Shown piece after piece: positions 20,710-35,700 of a stretch of DNA of 64,000 bases (position 1 is the stretch's first letter; each line of letters begins with the position of its first letter). Origin of the DNA: an uncultured Solirubrobacterales bacterium (GTDB lineage: Bacteria; Actinomycetota; Thermoleophilia; Solirubrobacterales; 70-9); contig CAVORK010000003.1 in assembly GCA_963698625.1 (NCBI GenBank), forward strand, positions 411,317-475,316, read 5' to 3'. A model generated the notes under the pieces. That model worked only from the letters and a program-made list of their open reading frames with translations. It had not been told where the DNA came from and ran no database searches. A program made the translations under genes and the position numbers.

Positions 20710-23700
20710 TTGAAATCTGGGAATCGTCTTGTCGTTCGTTTCACTGCGTTCATAGCCGTACTGGTCGCTGTGGCTGCCTTTGCGTTCGGTACCCAGTCGG
20801 CCACGGCCGACACGCCGGTCAGCTACGCCTCGGGATCCCTGATCATCCCGATGGACACCGATACGACGCTCAACCACACCGCTTACAACCAGAACCTGGG
20901 CATGTGGAAGGCGTTCGGACTGGTCAACCGGCTTCTTTCCAACGGCGTTCCGGTCAGATGGACCATCGATACGACCAAGACCACGACCACGACCGTGGAT
21001 TTCACGGCCAGCAGCGTCAAGGACCTGCGTACCAATACAGCGCTGGGCGGCTGGTCCTATAGAGGCGGACCGTTCGTCATCGACGCGGCCCACGCGACCG
21101 CGGCCAAGGCCCTCATAACAGCCTGGTGGGCCCAGAATTCAAACCTGCCCAACGTCCACGAGGCAAACAGCGCCTTCACCGCGGATTCTCCGGTCATTTT
21201 GCGCTCTCCGCCTCGCATTGCACAGGATGAAGCGAACGCCGGCATTACGATCGACTACTACAACGCTGCCGGGATCCCGGACTCCAACGGCAATGTCTGG
21301 ACAACCGACTCTCCCGGCGTGCTCGACGAAGCCGAGATCGCCAACGGAGACCTCTTCACCCAGGGTGCCTGCCTCGAGAAGCGCTTCGACACCTACGTAA
21401 CCCCGCACAACGGCGGATTCGGCTACTCGCTGACCGATACTGCCAACCTCGGCACCAGGGCTTACGCGCAGCTGGATACCTTCGTACATCAGGGCGGCGG
21501 CTGGACGGCTCTGTGCGCATCCATCGAAAACAACGAGAACGCTATCGCCGACCTCACTCTCAACGGCAACGCTGCCGTCAAGGCGCTTTTCAAGACATCG
21601 CTGCCCGGTGGCAAGCCCGGCGGCATGCTCACCCAGACCGGCTTCCCTGACATCAGCAACGGCGATGGCACGTGGGAGGTCAATCCTGCCAATGCCGACC
21701 TGCCTACCGCGCAGTTGGTCCCGACCACCGCGCCCAACGATCTGCCTGGCGGTTCGGTCCAGACCTGGCCTTCGCCCGGAAATCCGGACGCCCCGACCTA
21801 CTGGCCTGATACGGAAAGGGTCGCCTGGTTTGACGACGCCGGGGTCGAGAGCGATCACATCATCGCCGGCTCGTATCACGATGCAACCGGCCAGGGCAAG
21901 CTCACTTTCCTCGGCGGCCACCAGTACGACACGGACGTCCCGTATCTGGACAACGGAGAGGCTCCCTACCTGCGAGCTTTCTACAACTCGCTGTTCTTCA
22001 ACGGCACTGCGAAGCCGAAACTCGAGTTCTCCGCACCCACGACCTATCCGCAGAACGGCACCGGCAACATCCAGGCCAGCCTCAAGAACGTCGGTGGCAG
22101 CGTTGCCAACAACGTCAACAACACTACCGTCGTGCTGGAGCCCGGATTCACCTACGTAGGCACCACAAGCGGGCCGGCGCCCAGTGTCAGCGGTCAGACA
22201 CTGACCTGGTCCAGCCTTCCGGACATCCCCAGTGACGGCGAAGCAGTAACCGTCGAGCTCAGCGTCGGCCCCTCGATTTCTTCGACCACCGGCCAGAAGA
22301 AGATCGCCACGGTCAAGTCCGAGTACGGCGACCTCTTCGGCGAAGGCTTCACGGGCGTCTTCTGCCGTGAACTCACGGTCACGCCCACGCCGGTACCGAC
22401 CGTCACCAAGACGCCGCCCACCCAGGGTCCGGTTTCGCCGGGAACCCCGGTGACATGGACGATCAGCTACGGAAACACGGGTGCCGCGGCGCTGCTCAAC
22501 TCCGTGGTCGAAGACACCCTGCCCCCGGGATTCACTTACGTCTCCAGCTCCTCGTCGCCATCTCTCGGCGCTCCGACTGTGATTCCGGGCAGCCAGGTCA
22601 AGGTTCGCTGGAACAAAGGCACGATCAACGCAAATACGCCGAATTCCGGCACGGTGACGATCACCGCCAGGGCGGGCGCAGTGACCAACGGCAGCGGTGA
22701 CCCGCTTGCAGCAGACCTTCACCAATACCGGCGAGCTCCGCGGAATCGGTGCCGGAGATTTCACCTACTCGGATGAAGACACAGCGACCGTCGTCGTCGA
22801 GCAGGGAGCGCTCTCGCTCGGCAAGACGGCGAACAAGGCCTTCGTCACCCCGCCGGGTGACATCACCTACACACTGAGCCCGGACTTCAACTCGTCTGTA
22901 CAGCTCGACAACGTGCGTGTATTCGACCCGATTCCGGCCGGCGTGACTTCACCTCCGACCTCGATCGGCCAGGGCGGGACCTTCGGTCCTTACGTGCCGC
23001 TGCCAGCGGTTCCCGGAAACGACGCCGGACCACCGGTCCTTGATACGGCGATGAGCGTCAGCACCAATTTCCGCAACCAGGGCCAGTCGGTCACCGTCAC
23101 CCTGAACGTCAAGAGCAGTGTCGCGGTCCCGAACGTCACACCCAACATCACCGCCACCGGTGGCAATGAAGGTTGCGGTGCGCCGACGCCCGCCACCGCG
23201 AATGTCCCGGCGGGCGGCGTGGGAGTCAACTTCGTCTGGACCTGTACACCCGTCGACAACGGCGAATACACGTTCATCGGCGGAGCCGACGACGGCGTCG
23301 CCACGACCTGGCCTGCTGCGAGATCTTCGAGTGTTCTGGTGGTGCCGACCGGCGGCCCCGACGGAGTCCGCTGGAGCCTCGGCAGTACGACTGCGGAGAT
23401 CCCCGGCGAGATCATCAATTCCGGCTCCACCGAAGGCGTCTTCTCCTTCATCGGCGACGGAACCCAGACCTTCCGCAAGTTCGCTATCGGTACCAACAGC
23501 TGGGTCAACCGCACGAACGTGCCGTTGGCGGTCGATGCGGGCGGTGCGCTGGCCAGCGATGGAGTCGACACGGTCTACGGTATTCCAGGCGACAAAACGC
23601 AGAACTTCTACGCGTACAACGCGATCACCAACACCTGGACCGCCAGGGCGAATACCGGCGTGGACATGGACAATGGTGCCGCGCTCGTATACCTCAACGG

Positions 23701-26700
23701 ATTCGTCTATGCCACCGTTGGCAACAGCGACGAATTCCGGCGCTACAACGTCGGTACAAACAGCTGGGCGGCGCTGGCCGTAACGCCGGAGAACATCAAG
23801 GCCGGCGGAGCGCTCACGACCGACGGAACCTATGTCTACGCGCTGCGAGGAGACGGCAAGCCGGACATGTATCGGTACGACCCGGGAACGGACGCCTGGA
23901 CGACGATGGCGCCGCTGCCGCAGAATGTCAAGGACGGCGGAGCGATCACCCGGATCGGCGGCAACCTGTACGCGTGGACCGGTAACGGCAAGCAGTTCTT
24001 CTACCGCTACAGCATCTCCGGCAACAGCTGGACTGCTCTGGCCTCCACTCCGGCCCAGGTCAAGGGCGGCGGCGCGCTGACGACCGACGGCACGAACATC
24101 TACGGACTCCAGGGCAACGGACAGACGGTTTTCTGGAAATACACGGTCGCCACTGATACCTGGAGCACCCTGCCGGCGACCTCCGCCCAGGTGAAGGAAG
24201 GCGGTGCGCTCACCCACCTGCCCGACGCGGCCGTGACCGGTCAGTTCACCGACCTCAAGGTGAACAAGTCGATGGTCTCGAGCGGTGGACCGCTCTCTGT
24301 GGTGATCGAATTCAACGCCGATCCCGGCGTCAATAACGTCGTTCCCGGCGCCCTGACCACGACGGCAACCGGCGGCGCTTCCTGCTCGAGTCTGGTCGGT
24401 CCGACGCTGCTCTCGGCAAACGACGACATCACCGGCCCCGGCGATCCGGTCCGGTACGGCTGGACGTGCACGGTGGCCGCCGGTACCAACCCCGGCAGCC
24501 TCAAGTTCAGTGCCAACGGCAGCGGTGACGGGCCGACGCCCTTCCCGACTTCGACCTCCAACAGCTCGATCATCACCCCGCTGCTGACCTTCACCGTCGG
24601 CGTACCGAACGGTGCGCCGGACCCGGTTGACAATACGGCCGTGATCGGGGCAGTCGGGGTATCGGCTGCGTCGCCGACAGTCAGCGTCAACACCGGAAAC
24701 CCGGTCCTGTCGGTTACCAAGTCCAACAACCCCGGCCCACTCGCCATCCTGCGCCCGGGCGACGGCATCCAGTACACGATGGTCGTCGAGAACACCGGCA
24801 CAACGCCGGCCACCAACGCGACACTCACCGACCTCGTTCCCGCCCAGGTCAACTACGTCAACTGCACGGGAGGCACCTCCTGCAGCGAATCTGCCGGCAC
24901 GGTCACCTGGAACCTCGGAACGATCAATCCCGGCGGGTCCCAGACCGTCACCTTCACCGTGATCGCCAAGAGCGGTCTGGCCGTATCCGATACCGATTAC
25001 ACGATTTCCAACAAGGCCGTTATCGATTCCGATCAGACTTCTCCGGTCGACAGCAATACGGTGACCAACAAACTGCGTGTCCTGCCTACGGTGACTAAGG
25101 GAGTCTCCGATGTGGACGCCGTGGTCGGCCAGGTTCTGACCTACACGGTCAACGTCAACAACCCCGGCGCGGCATTCACCGCCACCGTGACCGATGCCAT
25201 CCCGGCGGGCGCCAGCTTCAACGGCACTGGCACGTGTTCCCCGGCCTGCACGTTCGGTTCAGGCACCGTCACCTGGGCCGCCCAGAACATTCCGGCCGGA
25301 GGACCGACCTCCTTCTCCTTCGACGTCACCGTGACCGGTGCTCCGGGGACCTCGGTCTTCAACGAAGCCGTACTCGACCCCTCGACGCCGAACCTCACCC
25401 CGATCACCAGCAACGAGACCGAGACCACGATCCTCGACCCGAACCTGGCGATCAACAAGTCCCATACCGGCAACTTCACCCAGGGCCAGACCGGTGCTAC
25501 CTACAACATCGAGGTCAGCAACAACGGCCCCGACCAGACCGAAGGACTTGTAACCGTCACCGACACCCTGCCGGCCGGCCTGACCGCCACCGCGATCAAC
25601 GGCACCGGCTGGACCTGCGTGCTCGGAACCCTGACCTGCACCCGCAGCGACCAGCTGAGCTCCGGCGACAGCTACCCGCCGATCACCCTGACAGTGGATG
25701 TCGCGGCCAACGCGCCGGCATCGGTGATCAACTCGGCCGCGGCAAGCGGCGGCGGCGATCCCACCCCGGTAACCGACAACGACCCCACCACCATCGACGG
25801 AGTCAACCTGGCGATCAACAAGTCCCACACCGGCGACTTCCGCCAGGGCCAGACCGGAGCCACCTACACGATCGAAGTCAGCAATAGCGGCCCGAGCGCG
25901 ACTTCGGGCACCGTCACCGTCACTGACGCCCTGCCGGCAGGCCTGACCGCCACGGCGATTGCCGGAACCGGCTGGACCTGCACCCTCGGCACCCTGACCT
26001 GTACGCGCAGCGATTCGCTGGCCAACGGTGCCAGCTACCCCGACATCACGCTGACGGTAAACGTGGCCAACAACGCCGGTACTCCGTTGACCAACTCGGC
26101 CACGGCCAGTGGCGGTGGAGATCCGACCCCGGTCACCGATGACGACCCGACCACTGTGCTCTCGACCAACCTGGCGATCAACAAGTCCCACACCGGCGAC
26201 TTCCGCCAGGGCCAGACCGGCGCCACCTACACGCTGGCCGTGACCAACAACGGCCCCGACGCCTCGACCGGACTGGTCACAGTCACCGACACCCTGCCGG
26301 CCGGTCTCACCGCCACCGCCATTTCCGGCACGGGCTGGACCTGTGTGCTCGGGACGCTGACCTGCACCCGCTCCGACGTCCTGGCCAACGGTGCCAGCTA
26401 CCCGGACATCACCCTGACCGTTGACGTCGCCAACAACGCCGGTACTCCGTTGACCAACTCGGCCACGGCCAGTGGCGGTGGAGATCCGACCCCGGTCACC
26501 GATGACGATCCGACCACTGTGCTCTCGACCAACCTGGCCATCAACAAGTCCCACACCGGCGACTTCCGCCAGGGCCAGACCGGTGCCCAGTACACGCTGG
26601 CCGTGACCAACAACGGCCCCGACGCCTCAACCGGCACGGTCACCGTCACCGACGCACTGCCAGTGGGTCTCACCGCCACCGCAATCAGCGGAACAGGCTG

Positions 26701-29700
26701 GACCTGTGTTCTCGGAACTCTCACCTGTACCCGTTCGGACTCCCTGGCCAACGGCGCCAGCTACCCCGATATCACGCTGACCGTTGACGTGGCAAACAAC
26801 GCCCCGGCCAGCGTCACCAACTCCGGCACCGTCTCCGGCGGTGGAGACCCGACGCCGAGCACCGCCAACGACCCGACGACCGTTCTGTCGACCAACCTGG
26901 TCATCAACAAGTCCCACACCGGAGACTTCCTCCAGGGCCAGACCGGCGCGCAGTACACGATCTCGGTCACCAACAACGGCCCCGACGCCTCAACCGGACT
27001 GGTCACGGTCACCGACGCCCTGCCGACCGGCCTCACCGCCACCGGCATCTCCGGTTCCGGCTGGAACTGTGTTCTCGGCACCCTGACTTGTACGCGCAGC
27101 GATTCGCTGGCCAACGGCGCCAGCTACCCCGACATCACGCTGACCGTCGACGTGGCTAACAACGCACCGGCCAGCGTCACCAACTCCGGCACCGTCTCCG
27201 GCGGCGGCGACCCGACACCGAGCACGGACGACGATCCGACCACCATCAAGAGCATCAACCTGGCGATTGCCAAGAGCCACACCGGCAACTTCCGTCAGGG
27301 CCAGACCGGTGCCACCTACATGATCGCCGTGACCAACAACGGCCCCGACGCAACCACCGGTCAGGTCACAGTCACCGACGCCCTGCCGGCCGGCCTCACC
27401 GCCACGGCAATCAGCGGCACCGGCTGGACCTGCAGCCTCGGAACCCTGACCTGTACGCGCAGCGATTCGCTGGCCAACGGCGCCAGCTACCCCGACATCA
27501 ACCTGACCGTCGACGTGGCGAACAACGCCCCGGCCAGCGTCACCAACTCGGCGACCGTCTCCGGCGGCGGCGACCCGACGCCCAGCACGGACGACGATCC
27601 GACCACCGTGCTCTCGACCAACCTGGCCATCAACAAGTCCCACACCGGCGACTTCCTCCAGGGCCAGACCGGCGCGCAGTACACGATCTCGGTCACCAAC
27701 AACGGTCCTGACGCCTCGACCGGCACGGTCACGGTCACCGACGCCCTGCCGACCGGCCTCACCGCCACGGCAATCAGCGGCACCGGCTGGACCTGTGTTC
27801 TCGGCACCCTGACTTGTACGCGCAGCGATTCGCTGGCCAACGGCGCCAGCTACCCCGACATCACCCTGACAGTTGACGTCGCCAACAATGCGCCGGCCAG
27901 CGTCACCAACTCCGGCACCGTCTCCGGCGGAGGAGACCCGACCCCGAGCACGGACGACGATCCGACCACCATCAAGAGCATCAACCTGGCGATTGCCAAG
28001 AGCCACACCGGCAACTTCCGACAGGGACAGACAGGCGCGCAGTACGCGGTGACAGTTACCAACAACGGCCCCGACGCAACTACCGGCCAGGTCTCTGTTA
28101 CCGACAGCCTGCCGACCGGCCTGACCGCCACCGCCATCGCCGGCACCGGCTGGAACTGTGTGCTCGGAACTCTCACATGTACCCGCTCGGATGTCCTGAC
28201 CAACGGTGCCAGCTACCCGAACATCGTCCTGACCGTCGACGTGGCCAACAACGCCCCGGCTTCGGTGACCAACTCCGCGACGGTCACCGGTGGCGGCGAC
28301 CCGACGCCGAGCACCGCCAACGACCCGACGACCGTTCTGTCGACCAACCTGGTCATCAACAAGTCCCACACCGGAGACTTCCTCCAGGGCCAGACCGGCG
28401 CGCAGTACACGATCTCGGTCACCAACAACGGCCCCGACGCCTCAACCGGACTGGTCACGGTCACCGACGCCCTGCCGACCGGCCTCACCGCCACCGGCAT
28501 CTCCGGTTCCGGCTGGAACTGTGTTCTCGGAACACTGACCTGTACCCGCTCGGACTCGCTGGCCAACGGCGCCAGCTACCCGGACATCATCCTGACGGTC
28601 AACGTTGCCAACAACGCCCCTGCCTCGGTTATCAACAGCTCGACCGTAAGCGGCGGCGGCGATCCGACGCCGGCCACCGACAACGACCCGACCACGATCC
28701 GCTCGATCAACCTGGCCATCGACAAGTCTCATACGGGCAACTTCACTCGCGGCCAGACTGGCGCCACCTACACGATTGCCAGTCACCAACAACGGCCCCG
28801 ATGCGACCTCCGGCCTCGTGACTGTGACTGACAACCTGCCCGCCGGCCTGACCGCCACCGCCATCGGCGGCAGCGGTTGGAGCTGCAGCCTCGGCACCCT
28901 GACCTGCACCCGTTCCGACTCCCTCGCCAACGGTGCCAGCTACCCGGACATCACCCTGACGGTCGACGTCGCGTCCAACGCGCCCTCCTCGGTGACCAAC
29001 TCCTCCACAGTCGCGGGCGGTGGAGACCCGACCCCGAGCACCGATGACGATCCGACCACGGTGATCGACCCGGCCACCCCGAACCTGATCATCAACAAGT
29101 CGCATACCGGCGACTTCACCCGCGGCCAGACCGGCGCCACCTACACGCTCGCCGTGACCAACCAGGGACCGGCAGCAACCACCGGCACCGTCACAGTCAC
29201 CGACGCCCTGCCGAGTGGCCTGACCGCCACCGCGATCGCCGGTACCGGCTGGAACTGCACGCTCGGAACGCTGACCTGCACCCGCTCCGACGTCCTGGCC
29301 AACGGCGCCAGCTACCCGGACATCACCTTGACGGTTGACGTAGCGGCGAACGCCCCCGCATCGGTGACCAACACCGGAACGGTCAGCGGCGGCGGCGACC
29401 CGACCCCGGCCAGCGACGACGATCCGACCAATATCCTCACGGCCAACCTGGCCATCGACAAGGCTCACACCGGCAACTTCCGCCAGGGCCAGACCGGCGC
29501 TCAGTACACGCTGGCAGTAACCAACAACGGACCGGCCGCAACCACCGGCACCGTCACGGTCACGGACACCCTGCCGGCTGGCCTCACCGCAACCGCGATC
29601 AACGGAACCGGCTGGAGCTGCGTCCTCGGCACCCTGACCTGCACCCGCTCGGACTCCCTGGCCAACGGCGCCAGCTACCCCGACATCACCCTGACCGTTG

Positions 29701-32700
29701 ACGTGGCAAACAACGCCCCGGCCAGCGTCACCAACTCGGGCACCGTCTCCGGCGGTGGCGACCCGACCCCGAGCACGGACGACGACCCGACCACCGTCCT
29801 GTCGACGAACCTTGCCATCGACAAGTCACACATCGGCGACTTCCGCCAGGGCCAGACCGGCGCGCAGTACACGATCTCGGTCACCAACACCGGCCCCGAT
29901 CCGACTGCTGGTCAGGTTTCGGTCACCGACGCCCTGCCGGCCGGCCTGACCGCAACCGCGATCAACGGCACCGGCTGGACCTGTGTTCTCGGCACCCTGA
30001 CCTGTACCCGCAGCGACGTACTGGCTGCGAACGCCAGCTACCCGAACATCACCCTGACCGTGGACGTGGCGAACAATGCCCCGGCAACTGTGATCCAGAG
30101 CGCGACTGTCTCCGGCGGCGGCGATCCGACGCCGAGCACGGACGACGACCCGACCACCGTCAAGAGCATCAACCTGGCGATCAACAAGTCCCATACCGGC
30201 GACTTCCGCCAGGGCCAGACCGGCGCCACCTACACGCTGGCGGTAACCAATAACGGCCCCGACGCATCGACCGGCACGGTCACAGTCACCGACGCACTGC
30301 CCGCAGGCCTGACCGCCACCGCGATCGCCGGAACCGGCTGGACCTGCACCCTCGGCACACTTACCTGCACCCGTTCGGACTCCCTGGCCAACGGCGCCAG
30401 CTACCCGGACATCAACCTGACCGTCGACGTTGCCAACAACGCGCCGGCTTCAGTGACAAACAGCGGGACCGTCTCAGGCGGCGGCGACCCGACTCCGAGT
30501 ACGGACGACGACCCGACCACTGTGCTCTCAACCAACCTGGCCATCAACAAGTCCCACACCGGCGACTTCCGCCAGGGCCAGACCGGTGCCCAGTACACGC
30601 TGGCCGTGACCAACAACGGCCCCGACGCCTCAACCGGCACGGTCACAGTCACCGACGCACTGCCAGTGGGTCTCACCGCCACCGCAATCAGCGGAACAGG
30701 CTGGACCTGTGTTCTCGGAACGCTGACTTGTACCCGTTCCGACGTCTTGGCCAACGGCGCCAGTTACCCCGACATCACCCTGACCGTCGACGTGGCCAAC
30801 AACGCCCCGGCCAGCGTCACCAACTCGGGCACCGTCTCCGGCGGTGGAGACCCGACCCCGAGCACGGACGACGACCCGACCACCGTGCTCTCGACCAACC
30901 TGGCGATCAGCAAGTCCCACACCGGCGACTTCATCCAGGGCCAGACCGGCGCCACCTACACGCTGGCCGTGACCAACAACGGCCCCGACGCCTCGACCGG
31001 CACCGTCACCGTCACCGACGCACTGCCGGCCGGCCTGACCGCAACCGCGATCAGCGGCAACCGGCTGGACCTGTGTGCTCGGCACCCTGACCTGTACCCG
31101 CTCGGACTCGCTGGCCAACGGCGCCAGCTACCCCGACATCACGCTGACCGTTGACGTCGCCAACAACGCACCGGCCAGCGTCACCAACTCCGGCACCGTC
31201 TCCGGCGGTGGAGACCCGACCCCGAGCACGGACGACGATCCGACCGCGATCAAGAGCATCAACCTGGCGATCGACAAGTCCCACACCGGCAACTTCACAC
31301 AGGGCCAGACCGGCGCGCAGTACACGATTTCGGTCAGCAACACCGGCCCCGATCCGACTGTTGGTCAGGTTTCGGTCACCGATGCCCTGCCAGTAGGCCT
31401 CACCGCCACAGCCATTAACGGCAGCGGCTGGAACTGCACGCTCGGAACCCTGACCTGTACCCGTAGCGACGTACTGGCTGCGAACGCCAGCTACCCGAAC
31501 ATCACGCTGACGGTCAATGTCGCCAACAACGCCGGCAGCCCGCTGGTCAACTCGGCGACCGTTTCCGGCGGCGGCGACCCGACCCCGTCCACCGACGACG
31601 ACCCGACTGTCGTGCGCTCGGTCAACCTCGCAATCGACAAGTCCCACACCGGAGACTTCACGCAGGGCCAGGTCGGGGCCGAGTACACGATTTCGGTCAC
31701 CAACAATGGCCCTGACAGCACGTCAGGCCAGGTCTCTGTCACGGATGCGCTGCCGAGCGGCCTGATCGCAACCGCGATCAACGGCACCGGCTGGAACTGT
31801 GTACTTGGAACGCTGACCTGCACGCGCTCCGACGTCCTGCCGGCCAGCACCAGCTACCCGGATATCACCCTGACTGTGGACGTTGCCAACAACGCGCCGG
31901 CTTCAGTGATCCAGAGCGCGACCGTTTCCGGCGGCGGAGACCCGACCCCGAGCACCGACGACGATCCGACCACGATCAAGAGCATCAACCTGGCGATCAA
32001 CAAGTCGCACACCGGCAACTTCACCCGCGGCCAGACCGGCGCCACCTACACGATTGCCGTCACCAACAACGGCCCCGACGCAACCACCGGTCAGGTCACC
32101 GTCACCGACACCCTGCCGGCAGGCCTGACCGCAACCGCTATCAACGGAACCGGCTGGAGCTGCACGCTCGGAACGCTGACCTGCACCCGCTCGGACTCCC
32201 TGGCCAACGGTGCCAGCTACCCCGACATCACTCTGACCGTCGACGTCGCAGCCAACGCGCCTTCGAGTGTCATCAACTCCGCGACCGCCTCGGGCGGCGG
32301 CGATCCGACCCCGGTCACCGACAACGACCCGACCACGGTGATCGACCCGGCCACGCCGAACCTGATCATCAACAAGTCGCATACCGGCGACTTCACCCGC
32401 GGCCAGACCGGCGCCACGTACACGCTCGCCGTGACCAACAACGGCCCGCCCGCCACCAGCGGCACCGTGACCGTCACCGACACCCTGCCGAGCGGTCTGA
32501 CCGCCACCGCGATTGCCGGAACCGGCTGGAACTGCACGCTCGGAACGCTGACCTGCACCCGCAGCGACTCGCTCGCCGCCGGCAACAGCTACCCGGACAT
32601 CACCTTGACGGTTGACGTAGCGGCGAACGCCCCCGCATCGGTGACGAACACCGGAACGGTCAGCGGCGGCGGCGATCCGACCCCGGACAGCGATGATGAC

Positions 32701-35700
32701 CAGACCAACATTCTCACGGCCAACCTGGCCATCGACAAGGCTCACACCGGCAACTTCCGCCAGGGCCAGACCGGCGCTCAGTACACGCTGGCAGTAACCA
32801 ACAACGGGCCGGCCGCAACCACCGGCACCGTCACGGTCACGGACACCCTGCCGGCTGGCCTGACCGCAACCGCGATCAACGGCACCGGCTGGAACTGCGT
32901 GCTCGGCACCCTGACCTGCACCCGCTCGGACTCCCTGGCGAACGGTGCCAGCTACCCGAACATCGTTCTGACGGTCGACGTCGCCAACAACGCCCCGGCC
33001 AGCGTCACCAACTCCGCCACCGCTTCGGGCGGCGGCGATCCCACTCCGACCACCGATAACGATCCGACCATCATCCTGTCGACCAACCTGGCCATCGACA
33101 AGGCTCACACCGGCGACTTCATCCAGGGTCAGACCGGCGCGCAGTACACGATCTCGGTCACCAACAACGGCCCCGATCCGACCGTCGGACAGGTCTCGGT
33201 CACCGACAACCTGCCGACCGGCCTGACCGCCACCGCGATCAGCGGCACCGGCTGGACCTGTGTTCTCGGAACCCTGACCTGCACGCGCTCCGATGTGCTC
33301 GCCGCCAACGCCAGCTACCCGGACATCACCCTGACTGTGGATGTCGCCAACGACGCGCCGGCAACTGTGATCCAGAGCGCGACCGTCTCCGGCGGTGGCG
33401 ACCCGACCCCGAGCACCGACGACGACCCGACCACGGTCAAGAGCATCAACCTGGCCATCGACAAGTCGCACACCGGCGACTTCCGTCAGGGCCAGACGGG
33501 TGCCCAGTACACGATCTCCGTGACGAACAATGGTCCCGACGCCTCGACCGGCCTCGTGGCGGTCACGGATGCCCTGCCGCCCGGCCTGACCGCCACCGCG
33601 ATCACCGGAACCGGCTGGACCTGCACGCTCGGAACCCTGACCTGCACCCGCTCGGACTCGCTGGCCAACGGCGCCAGCTACCCGAACATCACCCTGACTG
33701 TGAACGTCGCCAACAACGCTCCGGCTTCGGTCATCAACTCCTCCACCGTCAGCGGCGGAGGAGACCCGACTCCGAGTACGGACAACGATCCGACCGTGGT
33801 CCGCTCGATCAACCTCGCGATCAACAAGAGCCATACCGGCAACTTCACCCAGGGCCAGACCGGCGCGCAGTACACGCTCTCGGTCACCAACAACGGCCCC
33901 GATTCCTCGACCGGACTGGTCACAGTCACCGACACCCTGCCGGCCGGCCTCACCGCAACCGCGATCAACGGAACCGGCTGGAGCTGCGTGCTCGCCACCC
34001 TGACCTGCACCCGCTCCGACGTCCTGGCCAACGGCGCCAGCTACCCCGACATCACCCTGACAGTCGACGTCGCCAACAACGCCCCGGCCAGCGTCACCAA
34101 CTCCGGCACCGTCTCCGGCGGCGGCGATCCGACTCCGAGCACCGACGACGATCCGACCACCATTGACACCGACGTCAATCTCGCCATCAACAAGAGCCAT
34201 ACAGGTGACTTCACCCAGGGACAGACCGGTGCCTCGTACACCCTGGCCGTCACCAACAACGGTCCGAGTGCGACAACCGGACTGGTCACAGTCACCGACA
34301 CCCTGCCGGCCGGCCTCACCGCAACCGCGATCAACGGAACCGGTTGGAGCTGCGTGCTCGCCACCCTGACCTGCACCCGCTCCGACGTCCTGGCCAACGG
34401 CGCCAGTTACCCGACGATCACCCTGACCGTCGACGTTGCCAACAACGCCCCGGCGTCAGTCACCAACTCCGGCACAGTCACCGGCGGTGGAGACCCGACC
34501 CCGAGCACAGACGACGACCCGACCACGGTCAAGAGCATCAACCTCGCGATCGACAAGTCCCACACCGGCAACTTCACCCGCGGCCAGACCGGCGCCACCT
34601 ACACAATCGCCGTCACCAACAACGGTCCCGACGCAACCACCGGTCAGGTCACAGTCACCGACACCCTGCCGGCCGGCCTGACCGCAACCGCGATCACCGG
34701 AACCGGCTGGAACTGCACGCTCGGAACACTGACCTGCACCCGCTCGGACTCCCTGGCCAACGGCGCCAGCTACCCGGACATCACGATGACCGTCAACGTC
34801 GCAGCCAACGCTCCGTCGAGCGTCATCAACTCCGCGACGGTCTCCGGCGGCGGCGACCCGACCCCGGCCACCGATAACGATCCGACCACGGTGATCGACC
34901 CGGCCACCCCGAACCTGACGATCAACAAGTCCCACACCGGCAACTTCCGCCAGGGCCAGACCGGAGCCACCTACACGCTGGCCGTGACCAACAACGGCCC
35001 GCCCGCCACCACCGGCACCGTCACAGTCACCGACACCCTGCCGGCCGGCCTCACCGCAACCGCGATCAACGGAACCGGCTGGAGCTGCGTCCTCGGCACC
35101 CTGACCTGCACCCGCTCGGACTCCCTGGCCAACGGCGCCAGCTACCCGCCGATCACCCTGACCGTCGACGTTGCCAACAACGCCCCGGCGTCAGTCACCA
35201 ACTCCGGCACAGTCACCGGAGGCGGCGACCCGACCCCGGATACCTCGGACGACCCGACCACGGTGCTCTCAACCAGCCTGGCGATCAACAAGTCCCATAG
35301 CGGTGACTTCACCCAGGGCCAGACCGGCGCGCACCTACACGCTCTCGGTCACCAACAACGGTCCCGATTCCTCGACCGGACTGGTCACAGTCACCGACAC
35401 CCTGCCGGCAGGCCTCACCGCAACCGCGATCAACGGAACCGGCTGGAACTGCGTGCTCGCAACCCTGACCTGCACCCGCTCCGACGTCCTGGCCAACGGC
35501 GCCAGCTACCCCGACATCACCCTGACCGTCGACGTCGCCAACAACGCCCCGGCTTCAGTCACCAACTCCGGCACAGTCACCGGCGGCGGAGACCCGACCC
35601 CGAGCACCGACGACGACCCGACCACGGTCAAGAGCATCAACCTCGCGATCGACAAGTCCCACACCGGCAACTTCACCCGCGGCCAGACCGGCGCCACCTA

